A stretch of 64,000 bases of DNA, taken from the NCBI GenBank assembly GCA_943704425.1, contig CALSCP010002121.1:114895-178894 (forward strand), in the 5' to 3' direction. Positions 41,079-54,587 of the stretch are shown here, piece after piece. Origin of the DNA: Ministeria vibrans ATCC 50519 (taxonomy: Eukaryota > Protista > Filasterea). Within the stretch, counting starts at the first letter, position 1. Each line of letters starts with the position of its first letter. The notes under the pieces are model-generated. The model searched no databases. It was not told the origin of the DNA and saw only the letters and a program-made list of their open reading frames with translations. The translations under genes were made by a program, and so were the position numbers.

Positions 41079-44000
41079 TTACTCGGAGTGGAAAAGAGCA
41101 GAAATGGTGCGCACAAGCTGAGCACGCTTGTGTGCAATGACGTGGGCGCGGAGGACCGCATTGTTACACTCGTTGAGGTCCTTATCACCGAGCGTCTTGA
41201 CCAGATGGGCGCCAATGTAGCGAAGATGATGCGACAACTGGGTATGCTTGTGTTTGGTGTCGTGGCGCACAAGGGCACTCGAGAGATACTCGAGCATGGG
41301 AAGATCGTACATGAAAGAAGATACAATGTGCGTGACGGCACTTGAATTGTTGAAGGCATTCGAGGCGTGCAGTGAGGCGGGGAGCGCAGATGATGGCGAC
41401 GGGTCAACATACACTTGGCAGAGACGCAACATGGCCGACGAGAGAATGCGAAAGGCAAGGGTGTAGTCGGGCGAGGGCAGCAGCTGACAGGTGGCCACGG
41501 CAAGCATGTGGGCACCTTTAGTTTGCAAACAGCGCACCAGTCGACGCACAACCAGTGTGTCGAATGCGACGGTCGGCACAGGTGCGCCATTCTGTGCAGG
41601 GGTGTTCGAGGCAAAGGTAGAGGCGGCGACCGCAACACTTTTGTCGGACCACACTGACATGGATAAGACGGCACTGTAATGACGGGCGGCGTCGTAGTAT
41701 TCACGCGCCTGGAAGCGCCTGTGTCCCGCACGCACACGCCACTCGGCCTGGTGCGGCCACAGATCGCTCCAAGCACGCTCCAACAGCTTGTCACATAGTT
41801 GAGCACAAGCAGGTACCAGAGGTGCCGGCACCACGGTAGAGTTGGGCTCAACGGCGGTGTCGCTTGCAGTTGGCTCCTTTGACTCGGCCGCCGGATAGCG
41901 GTGGTTTTCAATGTCACCGCTTGTTCCACTGGCGGGAGCCTTGGCGACTGCGAGAACAAGGCACGAGCACAACGACGCAATACAATCGGGATTGTTGAGG
42001 CCTTCAAGGCAGAGGAGTGCAGCACGCGACACACCACACATGCCAGTGTGCAACGTTGTCGAGGCGGCCGCACCCAAAGCATCCGACGCAGACGATTCTT
42101 CGCCCGCGGCGGCTGCGCGTCCACGACGCCGTGATTCGGTCTTGTTGTGCACACCATAGAAGAGTTGGGCGACGACTGCGTGTGCCACTCGCACCGGAGG
42201 CAACACCGATGTGGTGGTGACGACTGCGGAGCCGGTGTGGATCATAGGCACAAGCGCATTGCACAAGCTTGCCATTCCACCGTCATTTGAGCACCTAGTA
42301 AAACAAAGAAAAAGCAAAAGAAAATAATTAGTATTGAAAATATTCAAGTTTTTTTTTTTTTTTTTTTTTTTGTTACGTTCGATGTGCGTGAGCAAAAACA
42401 CGCGCAAGAGCACAGACGTTCTTGTAAAGTTGTCCATGTTCACTGCGAAACAGACCTTCGTTAAGAAGACGAAGCATGATAGAGTCACAGAGGTGAACGT
42501 CAGGGACGATGGCGACGCCCGGCAATGAGTTGAGCAGGCGAGGGAGATCGTCTGATGAAGCAACGGCAATTTCGTGAAAGGACACGAGCAAACGGTAGAG
42601 GTCACGTTGAGGATGTTGTTGAGTTGTTTCGCCCTGCAAATCGGATAGGATACGACGGGCGGCTACAGTGAAACGAGAGCATCGCCAGACGCGCGACAGA
42701 CGGAGAAGACAGAGTAAGACGCGCTGCCAAGGTTGAGACACGTCCAGTAGCAGGGGAATCCAGCTGTGAGCTGGCGGTGGATTCGACGCATCTGCAGTTC
42801 CATCTACGTTTGTGGCGACGGCCGCTTGATTTTCATACAACACAGCGAGTTCAACACCTGGAACGACGGAATCGCCTGCTACGCGATCACCGGCAAGCAA
42901 GGAACGCGCGGCATGAATAACTTGAGCGGGGTCACGCTCAGTCTGAAGCGTGTGCAGACAAGCGGCAACCGTAGTGCATGGATCGCTGTTGGTCGGGGAT
43001 GTCGAGTGAGAGGCAATGTCGTGGATGGGAACGTCGCCAGAGGACGAACTGGCTGCCAGACAATGGATTGCAAGGCGCAGTTCGGGGGTGTCGATACGCT
43101 CGACAATGCGTTGTGACCAAAGACGAAGACGCTCCATAACGGTTGGACGAAAGAAGATAGGAGCGGCAGAGAGTGAAGTGACGTGACGGGAAAGCGAATC
43201 GGCAAGGGTATCGAGTGCTTCGGCGGGGTGACGGCGAAGTGCGGAGCAAGCCAAGTCGGCAGCGTTGACGGGAGCACCTTGCATTGCTACGAGAATGCTG
43301 TTAAGCGCAATAAGTTGCGATGCAAGAGCAACGGTGAGGCCAAGGTCGTGCGGCACGGCCTGCCGGTAGGGCAGGGAGAGGGAGGAAGATGGATGAAAGG
43401 GATTTTCTAAAAGTGCCAGCGAGTAAGAGGAGAGTCTGATGGCGGTGTCCTCGAAGAAAAGCTCGCACAGCTTCGGGGAGTGTGCCGCTACGAGGTGTTG
43501 ACACAGTTCCATCGGACTTGCATCACCCGAGGCGACACCTGGCTGTGGAGTCGTATTGGCAAGGGCATGGCATGCGCGGGTGTAGCCGGCGAGCACATCG
43601 CTACTTTCGTCGGACGCGTCACAATCATGAGCAAGTGCAAACCAAGACAAGGCGGAGGCGTGATCACCGCGCAAAAAGAGTAGCTGAGCAACGTCAATGA
43701 TAGCCTGGCGGCGCAATGGAGGGGGTAATTGTTGTGAGGAACGGGCGTGGTCGGTGACAAACGCGAGGCTCTCGGCGTCGTCGGCAGGAACAGTGAGGCG
43801 CGTCAGAAAAGCACGATCGGCGCGTGTTGACACTGAAGGGAGTTCGCTCGAGTCGCTCGCGCCTCCCGTTGTGTTATTTGCAGTGGCTGTCGTCGGTGAA
43901 GTCGACTGGAGATCAGCAAGTTCTGCAACGAGTTCGGGCAACGAGTGACCACGTTGCGGCAGGCGCACGATCCACAGATGACGACGCAGCAAGTCAAGAA

Positions 44001-44728
44001 GACGAGTGCTAGGCGAAGTCTGAGGAGGACTTGGGACATGCGCGGCCACCATGCTGTCGACGAGAATCCACTGATTGACCAGGTCAAAGTCACTCTCGAT
44101 GACTTCCAAGGGAATCTCGAGTTGACGCACAACACGATGAGCTTTGCACAGTAAATCCATGGCGAGTCGTTCCTGGTCGGGTCGCATGGAGCGCTGCTGC
44201 GATGAGATGACGGTGGTGGCCATTGAGACGGTGCGGTGGAACGCAGGAGGCCCCACTTCGTTCATGGAGTCGTCGTCAACGTCAAAGAAGCGCGATGCGT
44301 GCAGCGTGGGCGGCGCAGGCGACACAGATCCCGACGACCCACTGTCGCTTGTGCTTGAGTCTGTGTCGTCGGCGGTCGCAGCAGGGAGAGATGCATTGGC
44401 GTCGCTATCGCCATCTTGCGAGGAATCCTGCAAGTCATAGGAACAAAGAAAAAAAAAATATGAAGACCAAAAAAAGAAAAAAAAAGAGGAAAAAAAAAAG
44501 GTTTGAGGGGATGGGATGAAGGTTGATGGGTAGGAGGGGGGCGACGAGGGAACGATGGTAGCGGACTCGTACGACGCTTCTCATGATCTTGGTTGCTTTT
44601 TCGAGAAGCGCGCGAAGGAGGGCGCGCGATTCGGATTTCGCATGGGACGGCGACGGATCGGTGCGTATTGCAGTGATTTCCTCATCGAGTTTGTTCGGAA
44701 AGAGAACAAACTCGAGGAAATCAGGCAT
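41079..44728 (-). CDS. INTS8: Integrator complex subunit 8-like (multi-exon)
   Basis: N-term FLEFVL..DP..LLEKATK; C-term RRLVRCL..ATCQLL..DYTLAFRIL, YDLPMLEYL, LGDKDLNECN resemble metazoan INTS8 as recalled. Confidence 0.72.
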
Positions 44729-44823
44729 ATGGTATCGAGTTGAAATAAAATAATAAGCTGATTGATCATTGAATTGAATTCATGTGCTGTGAATTGTCTC
44801 ATATTTTGTTGACCTTTGCCAAC

Positions 44824-45928
44824 ATGAATCATTCATGCAGAAAGTGTGGAGCCAAACCGAAAGTTTTGCATCTGTGTGGTAACTGTGAGGCGGTTATGTA
44901 CTGCGACGAAAAGTGTCAGCGGGCGGACTGGGCGAACCACCGGGGGCCGTGCAAAGCAAGGGTGGCGGCAGTGAAGGAGGCAAAGCGGACTGAGCTCAAT
45001 ACTCAGCGAGTACTGGATCATTACCGCCAGGCTCCCGAAGAGTTTGACAAAATGGTGCCTGCCTCGTGGAAGATGGCGGAGAGCGACGACGAGGATGACG
45101 ACGAGGATGCAAGTGGCGTAAAACAGTCAGTGTCGGCCGAGACGAAGCAACCGTTGCACATCGAGGTGGAGTCGCAAGGAGAGGGCGACGCACACGCACA
45201 TGCACACGCAACGGAGGAGGTGGATCGACCACGGATGTCGCTGTATCGTCTTGAAACACCCTCCGTGTTTGTGTCGCGTATTCATGCGAGTCCGACCGAG
45301 ACGCTTTCCGACTCGTTTACCGCAGTCGAAGGCGGCAGTAAGCCAGCCAAAGTAGCATCGACTCGGCCCGACAAGTTGCGAGTGTCTGTGTTCATGCCAA
45401 AGACACGCGGTGCGTCGTGTGTTCACAACGTGTACATTCGCGACGAGCGTCGTCTGACGGTCGAGGCAAATGGCTACCTGCTCGAGGAGTACACGCTGCC
45501 TTACGACGTGGAAAGCAGCACGATGGGGTTGAAGTATGTTAAGGACAAGCACAAGCTTGTGGTTGAACTGAAGGTGTGTCAACCCGACGTGGCGATGGAG
45601 ACGGGGATAGCGCCGATGCACGTGGAGGACAACGCGGATGGGGGCAACGGGACGTGTGATGAGAGTTGTGACAAGGAAGATGTGGAATTGGTAGAAGAAG
45701 AGGCAGTGAAGAGTTTGACGAAGAAGGCGCTGACGAGTGAGGCGATTGTTCCGGCGTTTGAGTTGGGTCAAACGAACGACATGTTGACCATTGTCATTTG
45801 TGTGAGTGCGATTCATGCAGCGTCTGTGACTGCTGTTGTCATGGGACAGGCAAGAAGAGAGAGAAAGTGTGTGTGTGTTAGTGTGAGTGTTAGTGTTAGT
45901 GTTAGTGAGTGAGTGTTAGTGTTAGTGA

Positions 45929-46000
<72 letters not shown>

Positions 46001-46002
46001 CT

Positions 46003-46068
<66 letters not shown>

Positions 46069-46729
46069 TTATTGACATGTGCACAATTAGACGTGTCGAT
46101 TGGCCATGTCGGACAGCGAGGGCCAGTTGTATGCCATGGGCGTGCGAGTGGACGATGCAGAGAGCAAAGTGACAATGTCACAAGCAACGGTGGATGTGAG
46201 TGCTCTCAACTGTGTGGTGAGTGTGTTGAAAGAGGGAGGCAGCGCACTGTGGCACTCGGTTGTGGTCGAGGGGCTTGGCGGGCAGGAGAGGGCTCGGCGG
46301 TTTGCTTTTGTGCATGACGGGGATGCAGCTGTGGAGGTGGGCGATGACGGAGGGCCACCGGTGCAAGCGGATGGTCCGACTGAGGACAAGTGGGTATGAG
46401 AAGGGCAGAATTGGGATGTATTTTTTTTTTTGGTTTTTTTGTCATATTATTATTATTATTATTATTATTTTATTTTTATTTCTATTGGTGTACAGGAGGC
46501 AAAGGGGTGCGAGACGCGTGCAAGTGCGACGCGATTGATGCGAGACGGGACAGCAGAAGTAGCCGTGGAGACGACAATGCCAAAGGAAGCGCAAGTAGAA
46601 GAGGTGACCAAGAGAGGGACAGAAGCAAAGGAAGGAATAGCATCGACGACAAGTGTCAGTGAGGCAGTGAATATGGGCCTGGCTACGCTGGAGCTTGGAA
46701 GCGAGTCGTTGGTGTTAGAATTGGAGTGA
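44824..46729 (+). CDS. MYND zinc finger + kintoun/PIH1-type CS-domain protein (multi-exon)
   Basis: CRKC..CGNC..YCDEKCQRADWANHRGPC (MYND); PDKLRVSVFMP..YTLPYDV..KLVVELKV and PAFELGQTNDMLTIVI (CS domains); ends SLVLELE*. Confidence 0.7.
45933..46067. repeat. (TG)n microsatellite in intron
   Basis: Directly visible. Confidence 0.95.
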
Positions 46730-46773
46730 TGAAAATAAAAAGTGTAGTGTACGATGCGAGTTGATAATTTTTT

Positions 46774-47619
46774 TTATTCTGCGGCTGAGCCGGCAACACG
46801 TGTACCATTGACAAAGACATGCTGGATGTTACGGTCGTCGCCAAGATAAAGGAAGCGAGAAAGGAGGGTCTCGGGACTATCAAGTGGTGTCGTGTCGATG
46901 AGACCGCAGTCGACGCGCACGACGAGCGCGTCAAAGCACTTGCCGACCTCAAAGTTGCCCGTCTGCTCGTGCAGCCGCAGGGCCTCTGCACCCGCCAGCG
47001 TTGCCAGATAGAATGCCTCGTGTGTATCGACAAACGCATCGCGCGTCTTCTCCTGAATCACCAGCGTCTTGGCGGCCGTGACAGCGGAGCGTAGTGCATC
47101 GAGTACACTAGGACTGGAACCGCCCGAGACGTCAGTGCCCAGCGCGACGGTGAGACCTGCCTTGCGTAGATGACGCACGCGACAAACGCCCGACATGAGG
47201 TTGTAGTTACTGTTGGCACAGTGCGCCACCGCAACGGAGCGCGTGTTCAACAGCGTCGTCTCGCTCTCGCCAAGATGGATGCAGTGAGCCATCACAGTCT
47301 TGTTCGTCAACAGCCCTACATATTTTATATCGACAAGTGAATGCAATTTGAGAGGTCAAAGATGCACACATGCATGACATCACTACGTCTTTTTACCAAA
47401 GTCGTCGTACACCTGTGAGTACGTCTTGCCGGGGTACCTTCCTTCCACTGCACTGATTTCGCCAAGATTTTCCGACAGGTGACTCTGGACGTGACAGTCA
47501 TACCTAGCAAAAACATATGAAGTTATTAATTAGAAGAAGAAGAAGAATACAACCCATTTAAAGTTAATAATTATGATAATTATGATTAATAGCAATCATT
47601 AATAATAATAATAATAATA

Positions 47620-47652
<33 letters not shown>

Positions 47653-48488
47653 ATTATTAGTATTGCATTATTAATGATCTCCAGTCGCTTTGAATTTTCC
47701 TCACCAAGTTCCGACTCTCTCACGATTTGTGTGTTTTCCATTACCTTCTTGCCAGGTTGCCGAGTTCACCAAGGAGCTTGTCGGAACAGGAGAGGACAAA
47801 GCGCGGGGTGATGACCGGGTGGAGCAAAGGAGAATTCTGGGCACGAGCCCACTCGATGAAGGTGCAGGTGTCACGCACGGCCACCTCGGTGGTCTGCGAT
47901 AGATCATTGGGCGACTCGTGGTCCATGCAGACAAGGCCCACGAGAGCACGCTGGCCCAGATTCATGGTGGTCTCCGCGAGAATCTGAGTCGCGCGCAGAT
48001 GAACCGTGGCAAAGTATTGTGCGGTGGTGGTGCCGCAGGAGAGCGTCCGTCGCACACACCGGCCGTATTGCTCGCGAGCAAACGACTCGTCGGAATAGCG
48101 AGCCTCGGTCGGGAAGGTGAGGGTGCGCAGCCAGTCGAGCAGCTCCATGTCCACGCCCTGTGCGTAGTTGGGATACTGCGGGGCGTGGATGTGCGTGTCG
48201 ACCAGGCCGGGCAGAAGCAGCTCGGTTGGGCCAAGCTGGTGGTGCTGGCACTCATCCGACAGGGCACCGTTGCGCTCGACAAACTCATTGATGACGCTCT
48301 CGTCGCCGCAGAACGCAATCTTGCAAAGGATGGACAAGCGACGGTCAGAGTGTTTCGCATTCCGAGCGAATGCGCACCTTTCCGTTGGCATCCACCCCGA
48401 GCGCTCCTTTGGGGAAGATCTGAAGTGCACCTGAAGCGGTGCTATGGGCAATGATGCCTCGAAACAGACGAACAACTGGCATTGACAT
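46774..48488 (-). CDS. GDA: Guanine deaminase (multi-exon)
   Basis: PGLVDTHIHAPQYPN, LLDWLRTLTFPTE, GTTTAQYFAT, ITPRF, MAHCIHL, LGTDVSGG, GDDRNI. Confidence 0.95.
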
Positions 48489-48705
48489 CAAAAAAAAAGG
48501 GAAACTGTAAAAAAAAATTAAAAAAGACAAAAACTCTCAAAAGTTTAGTCAATATCAGTCATGAGTGTGCAGAGTCAAGAGTGTGATCAATGATAATCTT
48601 TTTTTCTCAATTCTCATTTCTCACAGGGTTGTTTACTTTCCTGTCGGGATTCCAGGTGGTTATCGGACACCGCAATTGAACTTAACGGAATTCTTCTTGT
48701 TCATC

Positions 48706-48859
48706 ATGTCGAACGAGACCAACAAGAAAACTGGCTCGCTGTTCGGCAAGATTGTGTATGGTGGGGCTGCAGGACTAATTGGTGCAACCTTAATAATGCC
48801 CTTGGTATGTTTCTCTTCTGGTTTACTCAAAAATGTAGTGAACTTCGACTGACACTGTC

Positions 48860-48894
<35 letters not shown>

Positions 48895-49833
48895 CTAAAT
48901 GTTCTGATCCCACGCGCAGGACACAATCAAAACACGATTGATGGCCACCACTGGGCAAAAGATGTCTCCGAGTGGTGTGGTTCTTCAAATCGTCCGTAAA
49001 GAAGGCTTGCTGGCATTCTACACGGGACTCCGGTACGACAACGCTCGACTGGGCGCAATCGACTGTAGTGCGTGTCGCTGACAAGCCACTCATTGTGATC
49101 CATCGCAGACCCTACCTCATTGGCGTTGTACCCGAGAAGGCTCTCAAACTCGTGGTGAATGATACGGCACGAGAGTACTTCACAGCGAGCAACGGAGGCG
49201 GGAGCATCACTCTAGCGCAGGAAATTGCGTCGGGTGCATTGGCCGGCTTTTGCCAGGTGGTCGCGACAGCGCCAATGGAGCGAACCAAGATTCAGATGCA
49301 GGTAATGCATCGCCTTTTGAACGTTGAGGTGGACCCGTCGGGCTGAATCAATTTCCTCTTTTGTACAGATCAACGAGCAGAAGCAGCGCAAAGTACCGCT
49401 GACGCAAGTAGTGAAGGAACTTGGTTTGCGCGGCTGCTACCGCGGTACAGTGGCCACGTGGGCACGTGATGTGCCCTTTTCGTTGCTGTACTTTCCACTC
49501 TACGCTAACGTGGAACGATACCTGTCGAGCAAGACGGACCAGCGCTTCACTGCAGTCCTCGTCAGTGCGATGGGTGCAGGGGCTGTGGCAGCGTTTCTGA
49601 GCACGCCCATGGATGTCATCAAGACGCGAGTGCAGGCGCAGCGCAGCACTGACATGTCTGCGCCCGTCCTGCGTTGGGTACCTACAGCTCTGCGCACTGT
49701 GCGCGAAGAGGGTCCCGCTGCGCTCTTCCGCGGCGCCCTTCCACGCGTCTTTGTCATTGCTCCGCTTTTTGGCGTCGCACTCTCCGTGTACGAATTCAAG
49801 AGTGCCATGGAGTCGCAAGGCTACGTTATCTGA
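48706..49833 (+). CDS. Mitochondrial carrier SLC25, glutamate/aspartate-glutamate carrier-like (multi-exon)
   Basis: Three Px[DE]xxK repeats; GVVPEKALKLVVND, RDVPFSLLYFPLY, TPMDVIKTRVQ. Confidence 0.9.
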
Positions 49834-49940
49834 ACAGATGTGTAACACTAATTATTACTAATAATAATCAACGACAGTTCGTCCAGAAATTGGAAAATGG
49901 AAAAGAGGAGACATTGTTCACAAAGAAACACCAGCCAAAC

Positions 49941-50772
49941 TTAAAGCTCGTCCTTGCTGTAGTACTTCTGGGCGTTCTCCATTGCCTTGACCACCTGAGA
50001 CGGACCACCATAGAAGTACTTGAACTTGTCGTTGCTAATTAAACAGGAATGCATTTAGAAATTAGAAGATCACAACCAAACAAGGGGATATGAATGTAAA
50101 ACTCACCCGCCCACGTTGTACAGACCGGCGTTGACGTTGCCGTCGGGGCCAATAAAGAAAATGCGGGGAATGTAGGTGCCGTCTACAGACACGATCAGGG
50201 GGAAATCTTGGACAATGGATCGAGAGTCGTACCAGGACCATACTGAGCATCTTTGGGCTCCTCGTCGTCGTGCACGTTGATCATGACAAAGTTTTTAGCG
50301 TTGTTCTAAAGACGAGGGTGCCAAAAAAAAATATGACGAAAAGAAGGATTGGGGAATCATGATTCGTAGGAAAACCTTGATGCCGTCAGCCACGCTAAAG
50401 TTGGGCCCAAGACGCTTGCAGGCACCGCACCAAGACTTGTGAACAACCATCATGCCAGGCTTGCCGGTTGCCTTGACCTGATAGGACAAGAGTGTTAGAG
50501 AGAGAGTGAGTCAGACCGTTGCGAGGAAAAAGTGGTGAAATCCAAAAGAGAGAGACACACAGAGAGGAACACGCAGCACAAGGGAAGGCACACAGGACGG
50601 GAGATGGCGTGTGCGCCGATGCAAGGGCACATTTGCAATGTAAAAGGAGCCAAACCTCAGCGAGTCCTTCTTCCAGCTTGAACCAGTCGTACTCGTCGCC
50701 GAAACCACGGCCAAGTTCGTTGGCAAGGCACGATGCGACGGAGAATGCAGCAAGAACAACAAAAAGCTTCAT
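49941..50772 (-). CDS. TXNDC12: Thioredoxin domain-containing protein 12 (ERp18) (multi-exon)
   Basis: Signal peptide, LGRGFGD..W, HKSWCGACK, YIPRIFF, C-terminal KDEL*. Confidence 0.93.
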
Positions 50773-51426
50773 AGTTGTGAACCGAAGTACAAATAGTGGG
50801 TGATCAGTGATGAGCATGAGAGTGCAGACTGATGAGTTTTAATGCTATTAGTACAACTGATGCGGAAGCCGATTGGCCGAAGTCCGATCCTTGGATGAGT
50901 AATGAGTTGGATCAGTATTTATTCAGTTGGCTCCATGTGGCTGGCTCAGCACTCCTACAACTAAGGTTTGGAAATTGGAGAATACATCTTATGATCGAGC
51001 GCCGCTAGCATCGCGCAAACGAATAAAAGAGTGATACACTCTCCAGTGATCTGAGTGAGAGTGTCAGTGAGTGTCACAGACTCACGTATCACAGCCACTC
51101 ACAGTAGTGACAGTACCAACATTGCAGCTTTCGGCCTTGATCAGACTGCAAATATTTATCCGAACACCTCCTCCCCTCCCCTTCTCCGGGGCACCTAGGA
51201 GGCGGGATGCTGGACGGTGAATTGGAAACTGCTCAATCGGAGGGAGCGCCATGTCTGATGTCGCAGTAGAATGTCGGCACTACTTATAGTTTCGCAAAGG
51301 CCGTTGTTCCTGTGGTCTGTGATAAAATTGGCTTTATTTTCAGGTTTTTCATTATTCATTATTGGCTTTATTCAGTTTATTGCACTTTTTTTTTCCAATC
51401 TCGCATCTTTCCCTCGTCACACAAGC

Positions 51427-53261
51427 ATGTCATCAGAACGATTGAGCCGCCAGATGGACGAACGAGAGGCGTGGTTGGCTCGCTGGAATGACTCTAAACT
51501 TACAGATTTCGACCGCGCTGCGTCCGAACCCGGCTCGGACGAGTGCCGGTCGCTGATCCTCAACGACGTCCACATCGACTTGGAACTTGCACGCTTTGCG
51601 CCTTTGGTCGACGCAACGGACGCTCCAACGATCGTTTCCAATGGGTATGCAAGCGGCTAAAAATCGCGTGCAGAAACGCCTAACCGCAACTCTTCTCGTA
51701 GGCAGCCGTGCGTTGTGTTCTACAGCCAGGCAGGGGGCATGCGAATGTCACACATTCAGGAGGGCGGACGGCAATCGCCTGGCAACGTTCTGCTTGTCAT
51801 CTGTCCCACCTGGCTGTCCAAGCGCGACGGGAAAGTGTTTTGCACTCAAGGCATGTTTGTCAAGTCATCCCATCCGAAAAGAAATATTATTATTCTTATG
51901 ATTGTTTTTGTTTAGGCATCTCTATGGATCAATACCAACGCACCACTATGCGCCGATACCATCCACCACGACTTGTCACGTACTTTGTCAACATGATGAA
52001 TTTTGCGACCACGAACGGCTGGCGCAACGACGGCGTCCAATTTACGGAGAGTGTTGAGACTCCGCTGTCGTCGAGCGAGGCGCTGAGCAACGCCATTGGC
52101 GACAAGCTCAACGTCGGCGTGCTCTTAGGATGCACTACCAGTGTCCGCGTTCCCGTCACTCTCGCCTTCATGTACCGTCCGCTGCTCGAGTATGCCAAGT
52201 CGAGTGAGGTCCGTGTGCTCACCCTCGACTCGCTCGACCTCGACGCGGCTTACTACGAGCGCGAGGTCGCTTCCTTCCTTGCCGCGCAACAACCACGCAT
52301 TGCCCGCGTCGTCGTGAAACCAACAGGCGTGAGCTTTCACCAGTCGTTTGGCGTATCCTTTCATTGGTCCAATGAGGTGAAAATAAATCATTATAAAATT
52401 AATAATTATTATAATAACAATAATAAATTTTAACTGACATCCATCACTCAGGTGTCTCAAATTGCGGCTGCGCTGCGCGGACTGTCGGATCATCTGAAAG
52501 CTGGCGACGGCATGTTGGTGGAGGAGTATCTGCAGGCGTGCCCATCGAAGACGACCATGAACGACTTTGACCGCATGCTGGTGGACAACACACGCGAGCA
52601 GTTGGGCCCCGACGCGACGTCTGTGGGTCAGCTGCGTGCACACCGTCTTCGTGTAATTGTGGCGCGCACCGCCGACGATCGTGCTGTGGCCGCGCCGCCC
52701 GTCTGCGGCATTGGCATGGCAGGCGTGCCCATTGGCGGTCACAATACCTTTGCCGTCACTTTTGACGTGTTCTGCGACTTGAGCGACATTCCGCAGGGCG
52801 ACCTGCGCGAGCGACTGCGCTCAGACATTCGCCGCACTGGCGCCGACTCACTCATGGCGCTAATCCGTGCCGAGCCTAAGTGGCGTTCGGCCGACAGCCC
52901 GCGCTCGCAGACGGACAACATTGGCCTGGACGTCATCCTTGGAGTCGCGACCGACGGTACCATCTCGCCGGCGGTCATTGAAATCAACGACCACGACTGC
53001 ACCGCCTTCTCGCAGGAACTCAGTTCGGGTCTCAGCAAGTACAATGGCATCTTTGTGCGCACTTGGATCACCAACGGCCTCCACCGCAGCGTCCGCTATC
53101 TCCTCTCCAAGCGCACCATTGCCATCATAGGCAACCTCGACATCCACCACTCCACCTTACCCCGTCTGCTCGCTGGCCATCTCCACGGTCTCTCCATTGT
53201 TCACATTGTCTCCGTCTGCTCTTCCCCCGAACAATTGGTACGGAGTACATATCGTGCACTT

Positions 53262-53334
<73 letters not shown>

Positions 53335-54587
53335 TAGAGAGAAAGAGCACGCTGGTTTTCATACTATTTCTTCACCATTTATAGGCAGCACTACAGGCGG
53401 GTGATGCTTACGTGCAGGTGTTGGTGCGCGACGTGTGCGATACCAAGGAGATCATCGAGGCACTCAAAGCATCTAATCGCACTGTTGACGGAGTTCTTGC
53501 GGCGCGTGAAGATACAGTCGCGGTAACGGCGGACCTGTCGCACCAAATGGGTCTGTTTGAGCGCACAGGCGACCCTGCCAGTCTGAAGCGGGCGACACGT
53601 GCACTGGTGCGCACCGCCTTCCTGAAGCGCATGGCCGACATGCTGGCCGTGAGCATTAACCACGTCACAAACCCAGGTGAGGTTGCGCCCTTGTACACCG
53701 TCGCCGTCAAGGACCGCAGCGAATTGGTGTTGCTGGTGGGCGACGCTGATGCGCGCGCTCGCTTGACCAAGGCCGAACGCAAGGCTGATCTGGAAGTGAA
53801 GATCCACGGTGCCAACGCAACAGTTGTGTCACTGCCGGCCGTGCTCAAGCTTGACAATACCTCAAACGACCCGCAGTGTACGCTCATTACCTCGCTGAAA
53901 GACCTCGACGATCGCAAGCAGGAGGTTTCCGAGATTCTCGCACGCGCGACAGCGACCAACTCGGCCGTACTGGAGGCGTACGCGTATGGCAGCGAGCACG
54001 GCGTGGCCATTGTGCTCTTTGACGCCAAGACACTGGGAAGCGTTGTGATCGATTACGGCAGCGGCATCTACCCCAACCTTCCGGCGGCGTCGGCGCAGAT
54101 GCCCTCGCTACTGTCGGACGAAGCGCAAGAGCGCATGACTAGCTTGGCCAGCGACCTGCTGTTCCACCTGGGTCTGCGCAACGGCGTCTACTTTCTCAAG
54201 TTCCGCCACTCGACCCGCGCGCCCTCGCTCACCAGCCTGCGCATGGTCCCCTGGTCCTCGTGGCTGTGCGACTGGGTGCGCCTCACAACTGGCTACGATC
54301 TTACCGTGGCAGCCCTGGCCGTCGCCGCTGGCATCCACCCGCCACCCTTCATCGTAAATACCCAAAAGGAACCTCTGTGCTTCATCAAGGGTATCATTGT
54401 CAGCGACCAAGAGGCGAGGGACATCCCCAGCACCGTCGACGACGCCATCCTCACCGTCGCTCGTGCCCCCGCCTCCCACGCCGCCATCGTCTACACCCAC
54501 AGCGCATCCGCCTACGACGCCCACGCCAGCCTCACCACCGCACTTCGCACCCTGGGTCTCACTGATCTTGCTCAGCGTGCCCAGTAA
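51427..54587 (+). CDS. Carnosine synthase 1-like tandem ATP-grasp protein (multi-exon)
   Basis: LLVICPTWLSK, HPPRLVTYFV, VVKPTG, MLVEEYL, RVIVART..VCGIG, IGLDVI, IEIND, AQMPSLL..LGLRNGVY resemble CARNS1 architecture as recalled. Confidence 0.7.
53262..53341. repeat. (AGAGAGAGAT)n repeat in intron
   Basis: Directly visible. Confidence 0.9.

Noticed and set aside
45813-46317. Poly-HT / poly-CV ORFs (also poly-Y, I, L ORFs elsewhere)
   Set aside because: Translations of intronic microsatellites
50807-50880. GTGATGA..CTGA..CTGA, possible C/D snoRNA
   Set aside because: No convincing terminal stem or recognisable rRNA-complementary guide; lies in the TXNDC12 promoter on the opposite strand
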